A model generated the notes under the pieces. The model saw only the letters and a program-made list of their open reading frames with translations. It ran no database searches and had not been told where the DNA came from. 18,236 bases of DNA from Phormidiaceae cyanobacterium CTOTU46630 (GTDB lineage Bacteria; Cyanobacteriota; Cyanobacteriia; Cyanobacteriales; Aerosakkonemataceae). Positions 15,952-18,236 of this stretch are shown here, one piece after another. The first letter of the stretch is position 1, and the number at the start of each line of letters is the position of its first letter. The translations under genes and the position numbers were made by a program. The stretch spans positions 1-18,236 of the forward strand of contig DALYJW010000078.1 in assembly GCA_031969635.1 (NCBI GenBank). Direction: 5' to 3'.

Positions 15952-16458
15952 TCAATCATACAGACCAAGTGCTTGAGATTCAGCCACCAGGTCATCCATA
16001 ATTTGATCGCGTTTGGCATCGTCCTGTTTTTTATATTCAATTACATCTTGGTAACGCATCAGGTGAATGTTATCTTCTATCTTGTAAGGAATTTTGCCAG
16101 AGTTCATTAAATCCCATACTTGATGACGGCTAATACCCAAAATGTCGGCGGCTTGATAGTCTGCGAGTTCTTTTGTATACGGTTTAATTTTAACCGGGTG
16201 TTCCATCCCTGTATGTACCAAAATCTCTACCAGTAGTTGCATGACATGAGCCGGAATTTCAATGGTTTTTCCGTTAGTTTCATCTTCCATCAGTTTGATG
16301 GTGCAACTGCCTTCTCGATTTTCTAAATAAGATGCCAAAATGTGGCTACTCTCTAGTGCCATAGCCGCTTCTGCTTCGGTTGGTAAAATCGGGTCGCCAA
16401 TTCGATAATGAGGAAGTTTCATATTAATTTGCTGCCAAATTCTAGTGAGCGATCGCAA
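15952..16458 (-). CDS. HTH (excisionase/MerR-like) DNA-binding antitoxin partner of the PIN toxin
   Basis: TKELADYQAADILGISRHQVWDLMNSGKIPYKI is an excisionase-family helix-turn-helix. The gene lies immediately upstream of the PIN gene and overlaps it by 4 nt. The true start may be the internal MKLPHYRIG. Confidence 0.8.
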   Translation of the reverse strand: MRSLTRIWQQINMKLPHYRIGDPILPTEAEAAMALESSHILASYLENREGSCTIKLMEDETNGKTIEIPAHVMQLLVEILVHTGMEHPVKIKPYTKELADYQAADILGISRHQVWDLMNSGKIPYKIEDNIHLMRYQDVIEYKKQDDAKRDQIMDDLVAESQALGLYD

Positions 16459-16510
16459 TCATTTTAGCAAGTATACGTGCTATACAACTGCGATCGCGCA
16501 GCTAGCCCTT

Positions 16511-16722
16511 GGCATATCGCTACGATCTTAGAAACCGGGTTTCTGCGTGGATCTCTGCTTATCAAACAACGATTTTTCAAAGAAACCCGGTTTCTGTGCG
16601 TGCCGCGATCGCAGGAGGCATATCGCTACGATCTTAGAAACCGGGTTTCTGCGTGGATCTCTGCTTATCAAACAACGATTTTTCAAAGAAACCCGGTTTC
16701 TGTGCGTGCCGCGATCGCATCC
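16511..16722. repeat. Two tandem copies of a 106-bp unit, each carrying a 15-bp inverted repeat (agaaaccgggtttct ... agaaacccggtttct)
   Basis: Copy 1 spans 16511-16616 and copy 2 starts at 16617, with near-perfect identity. The plus-strand ORFs 16477-16773, 16547-16756 and 16528-16725 are artefacts of the repeat. The unit lies in the promoter-proximal region of the toxin-antitoxin operon. Confidence 0.8.
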
Positions 16723-16970
16723 CAAATCGGCACGCGATCGCCCCCAATCCTTTTAGGGATTTACCAGAACTAGAACTTGATTCGTCGAGTCAAAATACTC
16801 ATCACCTCACCAGAAGCGGGTGCAGGTAACAAGGGACTCCACTCGTCAATTTGAGCAAACCGAACCACGTAAAGCGTGCGAATTGTAGAATTGACTCCTC
16901 TGTGGGAACCAATTACTAGAACCCGCACCACTTCCCAATCATCCGTCCCAGCTAGCAAACTGTCCGCAGC
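16711..16970. repeat. Copy A of a segment of about 255 bp. It is at least 97% identical to copy B at 17469-17724
   Basis: gcgatcgcatcccaaatcggcacgcgatcgccc....gtcccagctagcaaactgtccgcag is repeated with only a handful of substitutions. Confidence 0.85.
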
Positions 16971-17021
16971 GGGAAGCGAAACAAAGGGGAAATTCCCCGA
17001 TTCGAGATCGGTCTGTAACAT
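16770..17021 (-). CDS. Hypothetical small protein (83 aa) encoded within repeat copy A; coding status uncertain
   Basis: The ORF ...ADSLLAGTDDWEVVRVLVIGSHRGVNSTIRTLYVVRFAQIDEWSPLLPAPASGEVMSILTRRIKF is conserved only because the DNA is duplicated. No motif recognised. Confidence 0.3.
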   Translation of the reverse strand: MLQTDLESGNFPFVSLPAADSLLAGTDDWEVVRVLVIGSHRGVNSTIRTLYVVRFAQIDEWSPLLPAPASGEVMSILTRRIKF

Positions 17022-17064
17022 AGTTTATGTGCCTCCTTTAGGTCGTCTATAGGTGGTAAAGTCG

Positions 17065-17106
17065 CGCTTGAGGTCTCCTACACCTTTGGCGCGGCGCTTT
17101 TTTTGG
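17065..17106 (+). terminator. GC-rich stem followed by T7 run, a putative intrinsic terminator
   Basis: cgcgc..(loop)..ggcgcggcgcttttttt. Confidence 0.3.
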
Positions 17107-17127
17107 TTAATGATGCCAGCATAGCAG

Positions 17128-17190
17128 AAGTTACATAAATTGGTCAATAGTTACATAGACTGGTAAAAAGGTACATCATTTGGCATATTT
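17128..17190. promoter_or_regulatory. Three tandem direct repeats of about 20 bp upstream of the RHH gene, operator-like
   Basis: agttacataaattggtcaat / agttacatagactggtaaaa / aggtacatcatttggcatat. They lie 60-120 bp upstream of the ATG at 17248. Confidence 0.45.
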
Positions 17191-17247
17191 GTCGATGCCA
17201 ATCGCCCAGCAACGCATAATAGTTAATAGGTAGACGATTTATGCAAA

Positions 17248-17433
17248 ATGCCTACAAATAGATCTAGAACAACTGTTAGTTTTGACCCTAGCGACTATAA
17301 GGAACTACAGGAATGGGCTGATGATGAATTCAGGTCTGTCCCTCAGTTAATCCATGTCATTATCAAAAAGGCGTTGATCGAACGCAGACAAAAGTCTTCC
17401 TCACTTAGCAAGGACAGCAACGAGGAAAAGTAA
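17248..17433 (+). CDS. Ribbon-helix-helix (CopG/Arc/MetJ-like) DNA-binding protein, 61 aa
   Basis: RTTVSFDPSDYKELQEWADDEFRSVPQLIHVIIKKAL fits a beta-strand then helix-helix RHH pattern. An HIP1 hairpin follows the stop. Confidence 0.6.
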   Translation: MPTNRSRTTVSFDPSDYKELQEWADDEFRSVPQLIHVIIKKALIERRQKSSSLSKDSNEEK

Positions 17434-17468
17434 AACAATGCAGCGGGAATTGCGATCGCCTCGCCTCA

Positions 17469-17724
17469 GCGATCGCATCCCAAATCGGCACGCGATCGCC
17501 CTCAATCCTTCCAGCGATTTACTAGAATCTGATTCGCCGAGTCAAAATACTCATCACCTCACCAGAAGCGGGTGCAGGTAACAAGGGACTCCACTCGTCA
17601 ATTTGAGCAAACCGAACCACGTAAAGCGTGCGAATTGTAGAATTGACTCCTCTGTGGGAACCAATTACTAGAACCCGCACCACTTCCCAATCATCTGTCC
17701 CAGCTAGCAAACTGTCCGCAGTTT
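17469..17724. repeat. Copy B of the 255-bp duplicated segment
   Basis: See copy A. It contains ORF 17522-17734 (minus strand, 70 aa), which is identical over 63 aa to the copy A ORF. Confidence 0.85.
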
Positions 17725-17820
17725 CCAGCGGCACAAAGGGAAAGTGAAATAATAGAGCGGTAGTTGCTACATCGATACGTCGCTACTGTGACTGACAAGA
17801 AGAAAGATCCTAATTACAGC

Positions 17821-17958
17821 ATGGTCAGGGGGTTAATACCGCAAGACTTGCTTAGAAAGTTCAAAATCTACTGCATCGACAATGGATTAGATTACAGCGA
17901 GGGGTTAGAAACCTTGCTGCGCGAGTACTTTGAATGGAAAGAGCAACAAACCAAGTAA
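17821..17958 (+). CDS. Small ribbon-helix-helix-like protein. The ATG at 17821 is preferred over the TTG-initiated ORF at 17764
   Basis: MVRGLIPQDLLRKFKIYCIDNGLDYSEGLETLLREYF fits an RHH pattern. It is divergent from the copy-B small ORF. Confidence 0.5.
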   Translation: MVRGLIPQDLLRKFKIYCIDNGLDYSEGLETLLREYFEWKEQQTK

Positions 17959-17989
17959 TATTATGTCCGGTGGTATCGGTAGCGTATGG

Positions 17990-18044
17990 ATGGCTAATAG
18001 CTAATGGCTAATTGCCTTCAGAGTAGCCATTAGCTATTAGCCAT
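17990..18044. repeat. Long hairpin with a 20-bp perfect stem and a 13-nt loop
   Basis: tggctaatagctaatggcta (17991-18010) pairs with tagccattagctattagcca (18024-18043). It lies 30 nt after the RHH-like gene stop. Confidence 0.8.
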
Positions 18045-18127
18045 TAGCATTTACACTACCGTTGCTTAAGGACAGGATATAACAGATGATTTGCGATCGC
18101 ACTGCTGTTGCTTTGGCGTGAGCGATC

Positions 18128-18221
18128 CTACCCCCGTAACACAACTCCCCCAGCATATCAACCGACTGCGGGAGTTTTTCGTTTATTAATTTCAAAATCT
18201 CAGATTTAACATTATAAAAAA
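18128..18221 (-). pseudogene. Remnant of a second PIN-toxin gene 3' end, with an internal deletion
   Basis: The minus-strand frame reads FYNVKSEILKLINEKLPQSVDMLGELCYGG. The intact toxin has PYNVQAK...SDEYLETLINQGLPRTAARLRELCYGG. The DNA motif ccccgtaacacaactcccccag matches ccccataacacaactccctcag at 15361. About 35 codons are missing relative to the intact copy, and a stop lies directly upstream. Confidence 0.5.
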
Positions 18222-18236
18222 TTTTTTAACTCACCC

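Noticed and set aside
16511-16722. Possible CRISPR array suggested by the tandem repeats
   Set aside because: There are only two copies of a long 106-bp unit, they abut directly with no unique spacers, and each unit contains internal inverted repeats rather than a 25-40-bp repeat-spacer periodicity.
16477-16773. Plus-strand ORFs of 98, 69 and 65 aa inside the tandem repeat
   Set aside because: Their sequences are internally repeated because the DNA is repeated. They have no start context and overlap each other, so they are repeat artefacts.
2954-18236. tRNA or tmRNA genes in the intergenic regions
   Set aside because: No T-loop-like GGTTCGAATCC-type motif or cloverleaf-compatible segment was seen in any intergenic stretch.

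Overview
The window looks cyanobacterial: the HIP1 octamer GCGATCGC recurs dozens of times, and the gene content (chlH/cobN-family chelatase, TPR-CHAT protein) fits. All product calls rest on recalled family signatures read from the six-frame translations, because no database search was possible.

Left to right, the window contains:
- a partial FAD-dependent oxidoreductase (minus strand, runs off the left edge);
- a full-length major vault protein (MVP) homolog of 874 aa, which is rare in bacteria;
- a divergent, palindrome-rich 438-bp intergenic region;
- a 484-aa protein built from alanine/aromatic repeats;
- a MarR-family regulator and a small membrane protein;
- a roughly 1270-aa ChlH/CobN-family chelatase gene whose frame is broken only by an in-frame tandem insertion of a 66-bp hairpin element;
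- a 960-aa TPR-CHAT protease with a 308-aa unknown gene upstream and a divergent standalone Cas4-like Fe-S nuclease;
- a mosaic, repeat-rich right end, described below.

The right end contains an HTH-antitoxin plus PIN-toxin pair whose toxin is frameshifted, and two 106-bp tandem repeats. It also has a 250-bp segment present twice, each copy next to a different ribbon-helix-helix gene. Other elements there are HIP1-based hairpin terminators, operator-like direct repeats, a 20-bp-stem palindrome and a remnant of a second PIN-toxin 3' end.

The most notable items are the bacterial vault-protein locus, the chelatase interrupted by a miniature inverted-repeat element (MITE)-like insert, the CHAT/unknown/Cas4-like cluster, and the recombination-scarred toxin-antitoxin patch.
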